Origin: a virus
Lineage: Duplodnaviria; Caudoviricetes
Length of the DNA: 63,270 nt
Strand: one strand, 5' to 3'
IMG/VR virus record: IMGVR_UViG_3300024264_002146
Location: 1-63,270 of that record
Part shown: piece after piece, positions 36,799 to 46,178 of the stretch
Layout: every line of letters begins with the position of its first letter
Position numbering within the stretch: position 1 is the stretch's first letter
Program-made: the position numbers and the translations under genes
Notes under the pieces: model-generated
Told to the model about the DNA's origin: nothing
The model's database searches: none
What the model saw: the letters and a program-made list of their open reading frames with translations, nothing else

Positions 36799-37761
36799 AT
36801 GAATATGAAAAAACTTATAGAATCAATGGATCATATAGAAGAATGTGGAATGGTTGATGAAGGTCCTATGGGAATGGCTCCCCCAGCAATGGCGCCAGAG
36901 ATGGACAAAGGAAATCCAGTAACAGTAAGCGTATCAATGAATGCGAGTGGCAAAGACCATGTAGCTGATTTGTTAGATATGATGAAAAATGCAGGACTAG
37001 GCAGCGCAGAAGTCGTTGGTGCTCCAAGTTTAGGTATGCGTGGCGATATGGAAAAGTTCCGTTCAGCAATGGATGATGATCCAAAAATTCCAGGCGATGC
37101 AGCAGCAGGCGATTCATTAACTGATGAAGAACTTGCTACAGAAGATGCTGATCCTATTATGTCAATGATTGCAAAGTTTGAAGATGCCATGGACAAGGAA
37201 ATGGGATACTACGGTAGTGTTGATGCTGCGAAAGTAGGTATGCTATTAAAGCAAGGCAAAGTAGAAGATGCTGCTGGGGAAATGGCAGATGCTATGGCCG
37301 ATCAAGATGGCGGCAGCGATAAGTTTGATATTGTAATGCAAACAGCGCAAGACTATATTGAAGATTATATGGCCAATATGGAAACAGAAGCAGAAGATGA
37401 TCTTGAAGAATATGCAAACGAACCTGATCCACAGTACGGTGACATGAGTGATGCTATCCCAGATGGCAATGACTTAAACCGCAAGAAGAAAGCATACCCT
37501 GCTACACAAGATGGCGATAACCCAATGGCTGTTGAAAACATCAAAGCAACACTAATGGCAGCACTTGCTGAAAAGAAGAAGCCAGACGCTGACGGCGATG
37601 GTGTTCCAGATTGGGCAGACAAGAAACCAGGCAAAGATGATAATGCTGACAAAAAAGCTAAAAAAGGCACTGACGAAGGCGGCCAAACAAAAGACTGTCC
37701 AAAGTGCGGCGCACCAGGTAAAAAGAAACTAATGGCTTGCTCAACTTGCGGCTGTAGTTAA
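36799..37761 (+). CDS. Acidic low-complexity protein, possible internal head protein
   Basis: Start reassigned to ATG 36799 (GGAGG RBS). Asp/Glu/Met-rich; DADGDGVPDWAD motif and terminal CPKC..CSTC. Confidence 0.6.
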   Translation: MNMKKLIESMDHIEECGMVDEGPMGMAPPAMAPEMDKGNPVTVSVSMNASGKDHVADLLDMMKNAGLGSAEVVGAPSLGMRGDMEKFRSAMDDDPKIPGDAAAGDSLTDEELATEDADPIMSMIAKFEDAMDKEMGYYGSVDAAKVGMLLKQGKVEDAAGEMADAMADQDGGSDKFDIVMQTAQDYIEDYMANMETEAEDDLEEYANEPDPQYGDMSDAIPDGNDLNRKKKAYPATQDGDNPMAVENIKATLMAALAEKKKPDADGDGVPDWADKKPGKDDNADKKAKKGTDEGGQTKDCPKCGAPGKKKLMACSTCGCS

Positions 37762-37774
37762 TAAGGAAAGATAA

Positions 37775-38134
37775 ATGGTAGCAGTAACAAGAGTACACGG
37801 ATTAATATGTGCAGCTGGAAATATACACTCTGAAAGTGTTAAAGCATATTTGATTACAGTACAAACTGCTGGTAATACAGATGTTGATTTAAGAGCAGAA
37901 GATGATGTAGTTGATGAAGCAGTAGAGCTAATTGTAAAAGAAGTTAATCCTCTAATGTTTTCTGTTAAAGACGATGCCTCAGGTGAAATTCATATTATTA
38001 TGGACGTGAACAGTTCAGCGGCAGACATACAGCAACGTATTAGGAATCTAGGTGCAACAGTAGGACCTAATAACGTTGATGTAACAGGCACAGATGTTGT
38101 AGAAGCAACTGGCTTAACCATACTGGTTAATTAA
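37775..38134 (+). CDS. Hypothetical (probable virion) protein
   Basis: 119 aa, AAGGA RBS, followed by a terminator. Confidence 0.65.
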   Translation: MVAVTRVHGLICAAGNIHSESVKAYLITVQTAGNTDVDLRAEDDVVDEAVELIVKEVNPLMFSVKDDASGEIHIIMDVNSSAADIQQRIRNLGATVGPNNVDVTGTDVVEATGLTILVN

Positions 38135-38152
38135 GAATCCCCCAGCAAACTC

Positions 38153-38179
38153 AATAGGCTCTTAGGAGCCTATTTTTTT
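38153..38179 (+). terminator. Rho-independent terminator
   Basis: AATAGGCTC-TTAG-GAGCCTATT followed by a T-run. Confidence 0.85.
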
Positions 38180-38180
38180 G

Positions 38181-38188
38181 AATAAATA
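38181..38188 (+). promoter_or_regulatory. Late promoter box, 5 nt before the terminase ATG
   Basis: AATAAATA-TTACT-ATG. Confidence 0.7.
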
Positions 38189-38193
38189 TTACT

Positions 38194-39774
38194 ATGGCAG
38201 CATCATTAGACGGCGTCTTAATTAAGAAAGCCAATAAACAAGAAACATATACTAACGAGCAAGTTGAAGAACTGATGTTATGCATGGATCCTGACGAAGG
38301 ATATTTACATTTTGCAAAACACTTTGCTTTTATTCAACATCCTGTAAGAGGTAAGTTGCTGTTTGATCCGTATGAATATCAATTACGTTTAATGCACTCG
38401 TACCACAACTATCGCTTTAACATTAACATGATGCCTAGACAAACAGGCAAAACTACGTGTGCTAGTATCTATCTAGCATGGTACGCAATGTTTAAACCAG
38501 ACCAAACTATTCTTGTAGCAGCACACAAGTATACAGGTGCGCAAGAGATTATGTCACGCATACGATTTGTGTATGAAACTTGTCCAGATCATATTAGAGC
38601 AGGTGTTGTAAGCTATAACAAACAATCAATTGAATTTGAAAACGGTTCACGTATTGTAGCACAGACTACAACAGGCAACACAGGACGTGGTATGAGTATT
38701 TCGTTACTATACTGTGACGAGTTTGCATTTGTGCAACCTAATATTGCAGAAGAATTTTGGACATCAATATCTCCTACACTAGCAACAGGTGGTCGTGCTA
38801 TTATTACTAGTACACCAAACTCAGATGAAGATACATTTGCTACTATTTGGAAACAAGCAGAACAAAAGTTTGATGCTCACGGCAATGAGCAAGAGCTAGG
38901 CGTAAATGGCTTTCATAGTTTTGTCGCTGAATGGCACGAACATCCGGACCGTGATGAAAAATGGAAAGAAGAAGAGATTGGCCGCATTGGCGAAGAAAAG
39001 TTTAGACGCGAGTACGGATGCGAGTTCTTAGTATTTGACGAAACACTAATTAATTCAATTAAACTTAGTGCTATGGAAGGCGATAGTCCTATTTTAAATA
39101 TGGGGCAAACACGATGGTACAAAAAACCAACCAGCCAGTATACATATGCTGTTGCACTTGACCCTAGTATGGGCACTGGCGGCGACCATGCAGCAATACA
39201 AGTATTTGAATTACCAAGCTATGAACAAGTTGCAGAGTGGCAGCACAATCAAACAGCAATACCTGGACAAATACGAGTCCTTGCAGACATTTGTAAGTAT
39301 ATAGAACAGTGTACAGGAAATACAAATGGTATATACTGGAGTGTAGAAAACAACGGTATTGGCGAAGCGTGTCTTATTGTTATTAACGACTTTGGTGAAG
39401 AGAATATACCTGGACTATTTGTAAGTGAACCGATGCGCAAAGGACATGTACGCAAGTTTCGCAAGGGATTTAATACAACACATGGTACTAAGATTACAGC
39501 ATGTAGCAGACTAAAAACAATGATTGAAAATGATAAAATGGTTATACACTCAAAACCATTTATATCAGAACTAAAAGGTTATATTGCAACTGGGTCGAGC
39601 TATCAAGCAAAGTCTGGCATGACTGATGATCTAATCAGTGCTACTTTACTATCTTTAAGAATGATGGATGTTTTAAAAGATTGGGACCCCAGAGTGTACA
39701 ATACATTTACACAAGCAGAAGACTTAGAAGATTACGAAGCACCAATGCCAATCTTTATTAGCACTAACTATTGA
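38194..39774 (+). CDS. terL: Terminase large subunit (T4 gp17-like)
   Basis: PRQTGKTT Walker A, LLYCDEFAF Walker B, STPN, FRREY.CEF, and ALDPS and DDL nuclease motifs. Confidence 0.96.
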   Translation: MAASLDGVLIKKANKQETYTNEQVEELMLCMDPDEGYLHFAKHFAFIQHPVRGKLLFDPYEYQLRLMHSYHNYRFNINMMPRQTGKTTCASIYLAWYAMFKPDQTILVAAHKYTGAQEIMSRIRFVYETCPDHIRAGVVSYNKQSIEFENGSRIVAQTTTGNTGRGMSISLLYCDEFAFVQPNIAEEFWTSISPTLATGGRAIITSTPNSDEDTFATIWKQAEQKFDAHGNEQELGVNGFHSFVAEWHEHPDRDEKWKEEEIGRIGEEKFRREYGCEFLVFDETLINSIKLSAMEGDSPILNMGQTRWYKKPTSQYTYAVALDPSMGTGGDHAAIQVFELPSYEQVAEWQHNQTAIPGQIRVLADICKYIEQCTGNTNGIYWSVENNGIGEACLIVINDFGEENIPGLFVSEPMRKGHVRKFRKGFNTTHGTKITACSRLKTMIENDKMVIHSKPFISELKGYIATGSSYQAKSGMTDDLISATLLSLRMMDVLKDWDPRVYNTFTQAEDLEDYEAPMPIFISTNY

Positions 39775-39785
39775 TAAATACTTTT

Positions 39786-42296
39786 ATGCGCAAACTAAAC
39801 AACATAAGTGAAGATCTTTTTAATAAACTACGCAGTCGTTTCAACGATATCACTATAGGTGACGAAAGTGGCACAGTAACAAATGATCCAAAAGATGCTA
39901 GATTTTTTGATTTTAGCTATTCTAACAATGGAAATAAAATAGGTAAAGTAAGTATTAGTATTTCCGAAGATGAAGGACTAAAAGTAATATATTCGAAAGA
40001 TATTGTAGAAAATCAAGATGATATATCAAAAAAACAATGGTTTAACTTTTTAAAAGAACTTAGAACATTTAGTAAAAAAAGAATGTTAGATTTTAGTATT
40101 AGAGATATCACAAAAACTAATTTAACAAAAAGAGATTATAAATTCTTAGCAAAACCCCCTGAGGACGGACAAATGACAGAATCAAAACTGTACGGTACTA
40201 GCCGTATTAGCTACCAAAAAGTAGGCGAAGCACGTATTGTAATTAAACATACTGAAGGTATTAACCAGGAAAGTGCAACAGGACGTACACAAAAAATTGG
40301 TAAAATTTATATTGAAAGTGCTGATGGTGAAAGATTCCGTTATCCATTCAAACACCTAAGTGGTGCAAGAGCAATGGCAAGACACGTTGCTGAAGGTGGA
40401 AACACATATGATGATTTTGGTAAGCATATTGTAGGTTTATCAGAAGAGATGGCAAAATTACGCAAGTTTAAAAACTACATGGGCCGTTCAGCTGTAATGG
40501 CAGAAAGTCTCGCAGGGTATGTAGATGTTGTTAAAGAGCGTATTAGCACAGTTAAGAAAACAATAGAATCACTTCAAAAACCAGCATACTATGCAGAAGC
40601 ATTTGCAGCATACGAAACACCAATGATGGAAGATGTACCTACAGATGTTGCAGAGAATTGGATTGACCAATTGACTATCCGTCAGTTTAACGAAGAACTA
40701 GCAGATGTATTTCCATACATTTATAATCTAGTAAGTGAAGCAAGCAAAGCAAAATCACTAGGTCCGGATGATTTAGATGAGTCAGGTTTACAGTATCATA
40801 CTGGTGTTAAAAAGCACGGTAAAGAATATATGGACAAGGCTGCACAAGCAGGACGTGACGGCGCTTCACAAGAAGAACTAGGCGCACTAAAAGACAAGTA
40901 TAGCAAAGCAGAAAAAAATAAAAAGACCAAAGAAGAAATTCAATTAGAGCAAGGCTTTGAAGAAATGATGGGTCAGTTTAGTGAACAACGTACAGACGAG
41001 TTCCTTCCAGCATTAGCTATTCCTGCATTGATAACTGCGGCAAGAGTAGCAGCACCAAAACTTATACAATTGGGCGCAAAGGTTCTTACTAAAGGAGCGC
41101 AAGGCGCAGGCACAGTTGCTAAAGGCGCAGGCAAAGTAGCAATTAAAAATCCAGGGACTACAGCAGCAGTAGGCGGTGGCGCATATGTTGGCAAAAAAGC
41201 AGGCGATGCTATTGATGCAGTAGGCGACATGGCAGGCGACCTTGCAACTTCAGCAAGTGATTTAATTGCAAAAGCTGAAGGCGGAGTTGAAGCTATTCAG
41301 GGTGAGATTTCAGCATTTTTAGGCGGTGATGCAGTTAAACAAGTTGCAGCAATGGCTTCAAAATACGCACTACCTGCACTAGCAGTAGTTGCATTATTAT
41401 ATGGCGGCAAAAAAGTAATTGACATGCTTAAAAGCAAAGACGATGACGAAATGCAAACTGCCTCTGTAGAAGAAGACGATCTTGAAGAAGCATATATTAA
41501 CACAAGTAAAGATGCAGTTGAAGTACTAGGCGCACTACGTGGCAAAGGAAAAGCAATTGAACGTGGCCAAGATGACGATCAAGGCAACTTAGCAAACCAG
41601 TATGTAAGTGATGTATGGGATGTGTATTCATTTATTGAAGCAAGAACAAATGGATTTAGCGGACTAGACAAAAATGCTAAAGCAGCAATCGATGCAATGA
41701 TGAAACTACGTGGCGAAGCAAAGAAACTAGAAACTGAGCCAGGGTCAGGCAAGAACGGTAAGTTTGGTAATCAAATTGTTAACACGTTGTATCCTGTAAT
41801 AGAATATCTATATACAACAGACTTTGATAGAAACAAAAAAGAAGACGACGATACAATGGATGTCAAAATTAATGACAAAGGCCAATTAAGTAAAGATGAC
41901 GGTACTGAAGAAAAAGAACAAAAGACTCCATTAGGTGAGTTCATCCTATCATACTTTGATCGTGAGAATGGACAATTTCCAAAAGGCGAAACAGCAGTAT
42001 TAACAATGGTAGAAAAAGATTACGGCGAGCAGTTCATAGAACCTGCTAAGGCATTTATTGAACAAATAACAGCAAAGTTTGACGAGTGGCAAATGCGCAC
42101 ACAGCCACAGCAAATGGAAGATGAAGTAGACGAAAACTTTACACAGGCAGCAGCAGCAGCGGCTAGAGCACATCAGTCAGAGTTTGAATATCCTAAAGGA
42201 TCAGGCAAAATGCATCCTGTAAAGATGAGTAAAGGCACAGCACACGAAATAAACGACGATAACGATAGAATGAGAGAGTTAGCAGGTCTACGTTAA
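39786..42296 (+). CDS. Large modular hypothetical protein (possible internal head/ejection protein)
   Basis: Start reassigned to ATG 39786, 5 nt after GATAAATA (39773-39780). Globular N-terminus, acidic linkers, Ala/Gly hydrophobic segment, ends RMRELAGLR. Confidence 0.65.
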   Translation: MRKLNNISEDLFNKLRSRFNDITIGDESGTVTNDPKDARFFDFSYSNNGNKIGKVSISISEDEGLKVIYSKDIVENQDDISKKQWFNFLKELRTFSKKRMLDFSIRDITKTNLTKRDYKFLAKPPEDGQMTESKLYGTSRISYQKVGEARIVIKHTEGINQESATGRTQKIGKIYIESADGERFRYPFKHLSGARAMARHVAEGGNTYDDFGKHIVGLSEEMAKLRKFKNYMGRSAVMAESLAGYVDVVKERISTVKKTIESLQKPAYYAEAFAAYETPMMEDVPTDVAENWIDQLTIRQFNEELADVFPYIYNLVSEASKAKSLGPDDLDESGLQYHTGVKKHGKEYMDKAAQAGRDGASQEELGALKDKYSKAEKNKKTKEEIQLEQGFEEMMGQFSEQRTDEFLPALAIPALITAARVAAPKLIQLGAKVLTKGAQGAGTVAKGAGKVAIKNPGTTAAVGGGAYVGKKAGDAIDAVGDMAGDLATSASDLIAKAEGGVEAIQGEISAFLGGDAVKQVAAMASKYALPALAVVALLYGGKKVIDMLKSKDDDEMQTASVEEDDLEEAYINTSKDAVEVLGALRGKGKAIERGQDDDQGNLANQYVSDVWDVYSFIEARTNGFSGLDKNAKAAIDAMMKLRGEAKKLETEPGSGKNGKFGNQIVNTLYPVIEYLYTTDFDRNKKEDDDTMDVKINDKGQLSKDDGTEEKEQKTPLGEFILSYFDRENGQFPKGETAVLTMVEKDYGEQFIEPAKAFIEQITAKFDEWQMRTQPQQMEDEVDENFTQAAAAAARAHQSEFEYPKGSGKMHPVKMSKGTAHEINDDNDRMRELAGLR

Positions 42297-42313
42297 TTTA
42301 TAAGGAGATCATA

Positions 42314-42547
42314 ATGGCTATTACAACAAAAGAAGAATTAGTAGCAAGAGCTTTACAATTGGTACCAGAGGGTACTGATTATTACGATGTGGAAAAAGTA
42401 TCAAAACTAGTTTGGCAGGAAATGAAAATAGGCGGCCTAGAGTTATCTAATGAAGAACTTGCACAAACACTTAGAGAAGCATACGACGAACCCTTTTGGA
42501 CAGTAAAATACGTTGAAGAAATAAAACAAAGATTTAATTTGTCATAA
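42314..42547 (+). CDS. Hypothetical protein
   Basis: 77 aa, strong AAGGAG RBS. Confidence 0.7.
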   Translation: MAITTKEELVARALQLVPEGTDYYDVEKVSKLVWQEMKIGGLELSNEELAQTLREAYDEPFWTVKYVEEIKQRFNLS

Positions 42548-42552
42548 AATAC

Positions 42553-42581
42553 TTGACAAGATAAATAATAGAGTGTAGTAT
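42553..42581 (+). promoter_or_regulatory. sigma70 promoter with a nested late box
   Basis: TTGACA-N17-TAGTAT; GATAAATA at 42560-42567 lies inside the spacer. Confidence 0.75.
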
Positions 42582-42665
42582 ATAGTATGTGCTACACAAA
42601 TTAGGCACTAAGAGCAGTAATAATATTGTTCTAACATAGGCATACATTATAGGAGAAAAGGCACT

Positions 42666-43649
42666 ATGGCATCATTAGCAGAAATTCGAGCGAAGCTCAA
42701 AGAACAAGAGAACCGTGCATCAGGTGGTTCAAACGGCCCAAGCGGTCCAAACCCAATTTATCCATTTTGGAATATTAAAGAAGGCGAATCAGCAACGATG
42801 CGTTTCCTTCCTGATGGCGATCAAGACAACACTTTCTTTTGGAAAGAACGTTTAATGATCAAACTTCCTTTTGCAGGCGTAAAAGGTGAAACTGATTCAC
42901 GTCCAGTACAAGTACAAGTACCGTGTATGGAAATGTATGGTGATAGCTGTTCAATCCTACAAGAAGTACGTGGTTGGTTTAAAGACCCAAGTTTAGAAGA
43001 CATGGGTCGTAAGTATTGGAAGAAGCGTTCATACATCTTCCAAGGATTTGTTACAGATAATCCGTTAGCAGACGATCAAGCACCTGAAAATCCAATTAGA
43101 CGCTTTATCATTGGTCCACAAATCTTCCAGATCATTAAGGCAGCATTAATGGATCCAGACATGGAAGAATTGCCAACAGATTATACTGCTGGTGTAGACT
43201 TCCGTCTTAACAAAACATCAAAAGGCGGTTATGCAGACTACGGCACAAGTAATTGGGCACGTAGAGAGCGTCCATTAGGCGATGAAGAGATGAATGCTGT
43301 AAACGCCCACGGATTATTTAATCTAAGTGACTTCCTTCCTAAGAAGCCAGACGCAACTGCTATCAAAGTAATGCAAGAAATGTTTGAAGCGTCAGTAGAC
43401 GGTGAAGCATATGATGCAGAACGTTGGAGTAATTACTTCCGTCCTGCAGGTATGCAAGCACGTACTGGTGATCCTAATGTAGCATCATCTAATGGTACAG
43501 CAACAAGCCAAACAGCACCAACTCCAGCGCCAGCACCTGCTCCAGCAGCAGAGCTAGCACCTGCTCCAGAACCAACAGCTGAAGCAGCTCCGGCAGAAGG
43601 CGGTGGCGCACAGGACATTCTTGCAATGATCCGTTCACGTCAGGCTTAA
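42666..43649 (+). CDS. Single-stranded DNA-binding protein (T4 gp32-like)
   Basis: RFLPDG, RKYWKKRSY and G.DF.L.K...GY.DY..S motifs; Pro/Ala linker; upstream of uvsX. Confidence 0.85.
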   Translation: MASLAEIRAKLKEQENRASGGSNGPSGPNPIYPFWNIKEGESATMRFLPDGDQDNTFFWKERLMIKLPFAGVKGETDSRPVQVQVPCMEMYGDSCSILQEVRGWFKDPSLEDMGRKYWKKRSYIFQGFVTDNPLADDQAPENPIRRFIIGPQIFQIIKAALMDPDMEELPTDYTAGVDFRLNKTSKGGYADYGTSNWARRERPLGDEEMNAVNAHGLFNLSDFLPKKPDATAIKVMQEMFEASVDGEAYDAERWSNYFRPAGMQARTGDPNVASSNGTATSQTAPTPAPAPAPAAELAPAPEPTAEAAPAEGGGAQDILAMIRSRQA

Positions 43650-43658
43650 TAGCAACTT

Positions 43659-43691
43659 AAAAGGGTTGCATTATTCAATAGCAACCCTTTT
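43659..43691 (+). terminator. Rho-independent terminator
   Basis: AAAAGGGTTGC...GCAACCCTTTT. Confidence 0.8.
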
Positions 43692-43724
43692 ATTATTATA
43701 CGCTTTTTAGATTAGGAGATTAAT

Positions 43725-44804
43725 ATGGCGAACAAATCATTCGACCCAACTAAGTTTCGTAAGGACTTAACAAAATCCATTTCAGGCATGAGTAGTGGAT
43801 TCAATGATCCTAAAGACTGGATCAGCACAGGCAACTATGCACTAAACTATCTTATTAGCGGTGACTTTCACAAGGGTGTTCCGCTTGGTAAGGTAACTGT
43901 GTTTGCAGGTGAATCTGGCGCAGGTAAATCATATATCTGTTCAGGAAACATTGTAAAGGCAGCACAAGATCAAGGTATCTTTGTAGTACTAATTGACTCA
44001 GAGAATGCCCTTGATGAAAGTTGGCTACATGCACTAGATGTAGACACATCAGAAGAAAAACTACTTAAATTGAATATGTCAATGATTGACGATGTTGCTA
44101 AAACACTGTCAACATTTATTACAGACTACAAAACAATGGATGAAGAAGATCGTCCTAAAGTATTGTTTGTAGTTGATAGTTTGGGTATGTTACTAACACC
44201 TACTGACATTGATCAGTTTAACAAGGGTGATATGAAAGGTGATATGGGTCGTAAACCCAAGCAGTTAACATCACTTGTTCGTAACACAGTTAACATGATT
44301 GGTTCGCTTAACGTAGGCTTAGTATGTACTAATCATACGTATGCATCACAGGATATGTTTGATCCAGATGATAAGATTAGTGGCGGTAGTGGCTTTATCT
44401 ATGCATCAAGTATTGTTGTTGCAATGAAAAAGATGAAGCTGAAAGAAGACGAAGATGGTAACAAGATCAGTCAAGTTATGGGTATCCGTGCTGGCTGTAA
44501 GGTTATGAAGACACGTTACGCAAAACCGTTTGAAGGTGTACAAGTAAAGATTCCATACTCAACAGGTATGAATCCGTATAGTGGTTTGCTTGAATTATTT
44601 GAAGCAAAAGACATTATCAAGAAGCAAGGCAATAGACTTGCGTACACTACACTTGAAGGTGAAGAAATTCTTGACTATCGTAAAAAGTGGATTGGTGAAA
44701 ATCTTGATAAGGTTATGTCAGATTTCTTAGTAAAAGAGTCACAAGTGGTAAATACCGCGGAAGTTGAAGAAGAAGCAACTGACCTAGAATTACTTGAGGA
44801 ATAA
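43725..44804 (+). CDS. uvsX: RecA-family recombinase (UvsX-like)
   Basis: STG, GESGAGKS Walker A, IDSENA, VVDSLG, NHTY and SGG motifs. Confidence 0.92.
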   Translation: MANKSFDPTKFRKDLTKSISGMSSGFNDPKDWISTGNYALNYLISGDFHKGVPLGKVTVFAGESGAGKSYICSGNIVKAAQDQGIFVVLIDSENALDESWLHALDVDTSEEKLLKLNMSMIDDVAKTLSTFITDYKTMDEEDRPKVLFVVDSLGMLLTPTDIDQFNKGDMKGDMGRKPKQLTSLVRNTVNMIGSLNVGLVCTNHTYASQDMFDPDDKISGGSGFIYASSIVVAMKKMKLKEDEDGNKISQVMGIRAGCKVMKTRYAKPFEGVQVKIPYSTGMNPYSGLLELFEAKDIIKKQGNRLAYTTLEGEEILDYRKKWIGENLDKVMSDFLVKESQVVNTAEVEEEATDLELLEE

Positions 44805-44810
44805 ACATAA

Positions 44811-45041
44811 ATGGATACATCTCAAATATGTGATATTTGGACACTATTCAAAGAATATCTAGACAAAAAACAGATTGAAGTAATTGCAGAAAAATTTGTT
44901 GATTTACTTGCAGACTATGGTGTTTCAGATGAAACACTTAAAGAAAGTGCAGGCCATGATCAATATCTCGACGAAGCAATTAGTTACTATCTTGATGATG
45001 ACGATGACGATTTCGACAACAACGAAGAATGGGATGAGTAA
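44811..45041 (+). CDS. Small acidic hypothetical protein
   Basis: 76 aa, GAGGA RBS, coupled to uvsY; late box GGTAAATA at 44747-44754. Confidence 0.7.
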   Translation: MDTSQICDIWTLFKEYLDKKQIEVIAEKFVDLLADYGVSDETLKESAGHDQYLDEAISYYLDDDDDDFDNNEEWDE

Positions 45042-45496
45042 TGGGTTGGTATAGCGAGATATCTCGTGATGTAGGCAAAATACCTGGTGCAATACAATAT
45101 TTTGAAACAGAGTTAGTACAAGCTCGTGCGGAATGTAAACTTGTAGGAAATGTTGAAAAAAGTGCGGCAGCAATGCCAGGTATTGTTGAACATCGTTTTA
45201 ATCAACTACAAGAGATTGAGGCTATACTCAACTATTTAAATATTGAGCTACGTAGATTGCGTAGCTCATTTTTTAAAAAATATCTCGAAAACTATCAACG
45301 AGCTCTGTCAAGCCGTGACGTTGAAAAATACGTAGACGGTGAGGCAGACGTTGTTGACTATGAAAAGATTATCAACGAGTTTGCACTAATGCGTAACAAG
45401 TGGCTAGGTGTACTCAAAGCTCTTGATCAAAAGCAATGGCAGATAACAAACGTAGTTAAACTTAGAGTTGCAGGCATGGAAGATGCATCAGTTTAA
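45041..45496 (+). CDS. uvsY: Recombination mediator (UvsY-like)
   Basis: Helical 151 aa near uvsX; DVEKYVDGE..V and WQI.N..KLR pattern. Confidence 0.75.
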   Translation: MGWYSEISRDVGKIPGAIQYFETELVQARAECKLVGNVEKSAAAMPGIVEHRFNQLQEIEAILNYLNIELRRLRSSFFKKYLENYQRALSSRDVEKYVDGEADVVDYEKIINEFALMRNKWLGVLKALDQKQWQITNVVKLRVAGMEDASV

Positions 45497-46178
45497 AACA
45501 TGGATCATACGTCTTGAAGAAAACGAACACTCATGCCAAATGGCTCAAGACTGTTTTAACCAAGCAGTATTGCATGGATTGCAACCTGAGTTTTATAAAG
45601 CAATTAACGGCAATGATGCAGTACGCCATTACCAAGCAACGGGCGTTAAATCAAAACGAACAATGAAAAAAGGCAGACTAGGTGTACTAGGATGTTTTTT
45701 TAGCCATTATTATTTGTGGCAAGAATGTATGGTAACAGACACGCCAACTCTTATTTTAGAACATGATGGTTACATGTTAAAACCCTTGCCAGAAAATATA
45801 CTAGATACATTTGAAGATGTATTAAAATTAGACAGATGTGATCCGTATAGCGGCGCATATAATAAAATATTAGAAGAAGAATCAACTCTAAATCTATCAA
45901 TAGAAAAATATACAAACTTACAAAATAAAAATCCTGTTAAAATTGGAACAGGAAACTACTTCAAAGGTGCATATGCATATATAATAAAACCATCTGCTGC
46001 AACTAAATTAATTAGACATATACAACAAGATGGCCATGTTCCTGCTGACCAACAAATTGGTGACTGGATTGTTGATACTCGTACAACAGTACCTAGTCTA
46101 GCGAGACTACATCCGCACTACGCAGTCGGCGCAAATATTAAACAAGATAGTTTGACTAGGAATTTAAAGGAAACGTAA
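45483..46178 (+). CDS. Glycosyltransferase family 25
   Basis: LGCFFSHY.LW, ILEHDG, GAYAYII...AA.KL and PAD motifs. Confidence 0.85.
   Translation: MHQFKTWIIRLEENEHSCQMAQDCFNQAVLHGLQPEFYKAINGNDAVRHYQATGVKSKRTMKKGRLGVLGCFFSHYYLWQECMVTDTPTLILEHDGYMLKPLPENILDTFEDVLKLDRCDPYSGAYNKILEEESTLNLSIEKYTNLQNKNPVKIGTGNYFKGAYAYIIKPSAATKLIRHIQQDGHVPADQQIGDWIVDTRTTVPSLARLHPHYAVGANIKQDSLTRNLKET

Noticed and set aside
38194-39774. Intein in terminase (also checked by eye in uvsX and uvsW)
   Set aside because: Lengths are normal and no splice-junction or LAGLIDADG motifs were seen.
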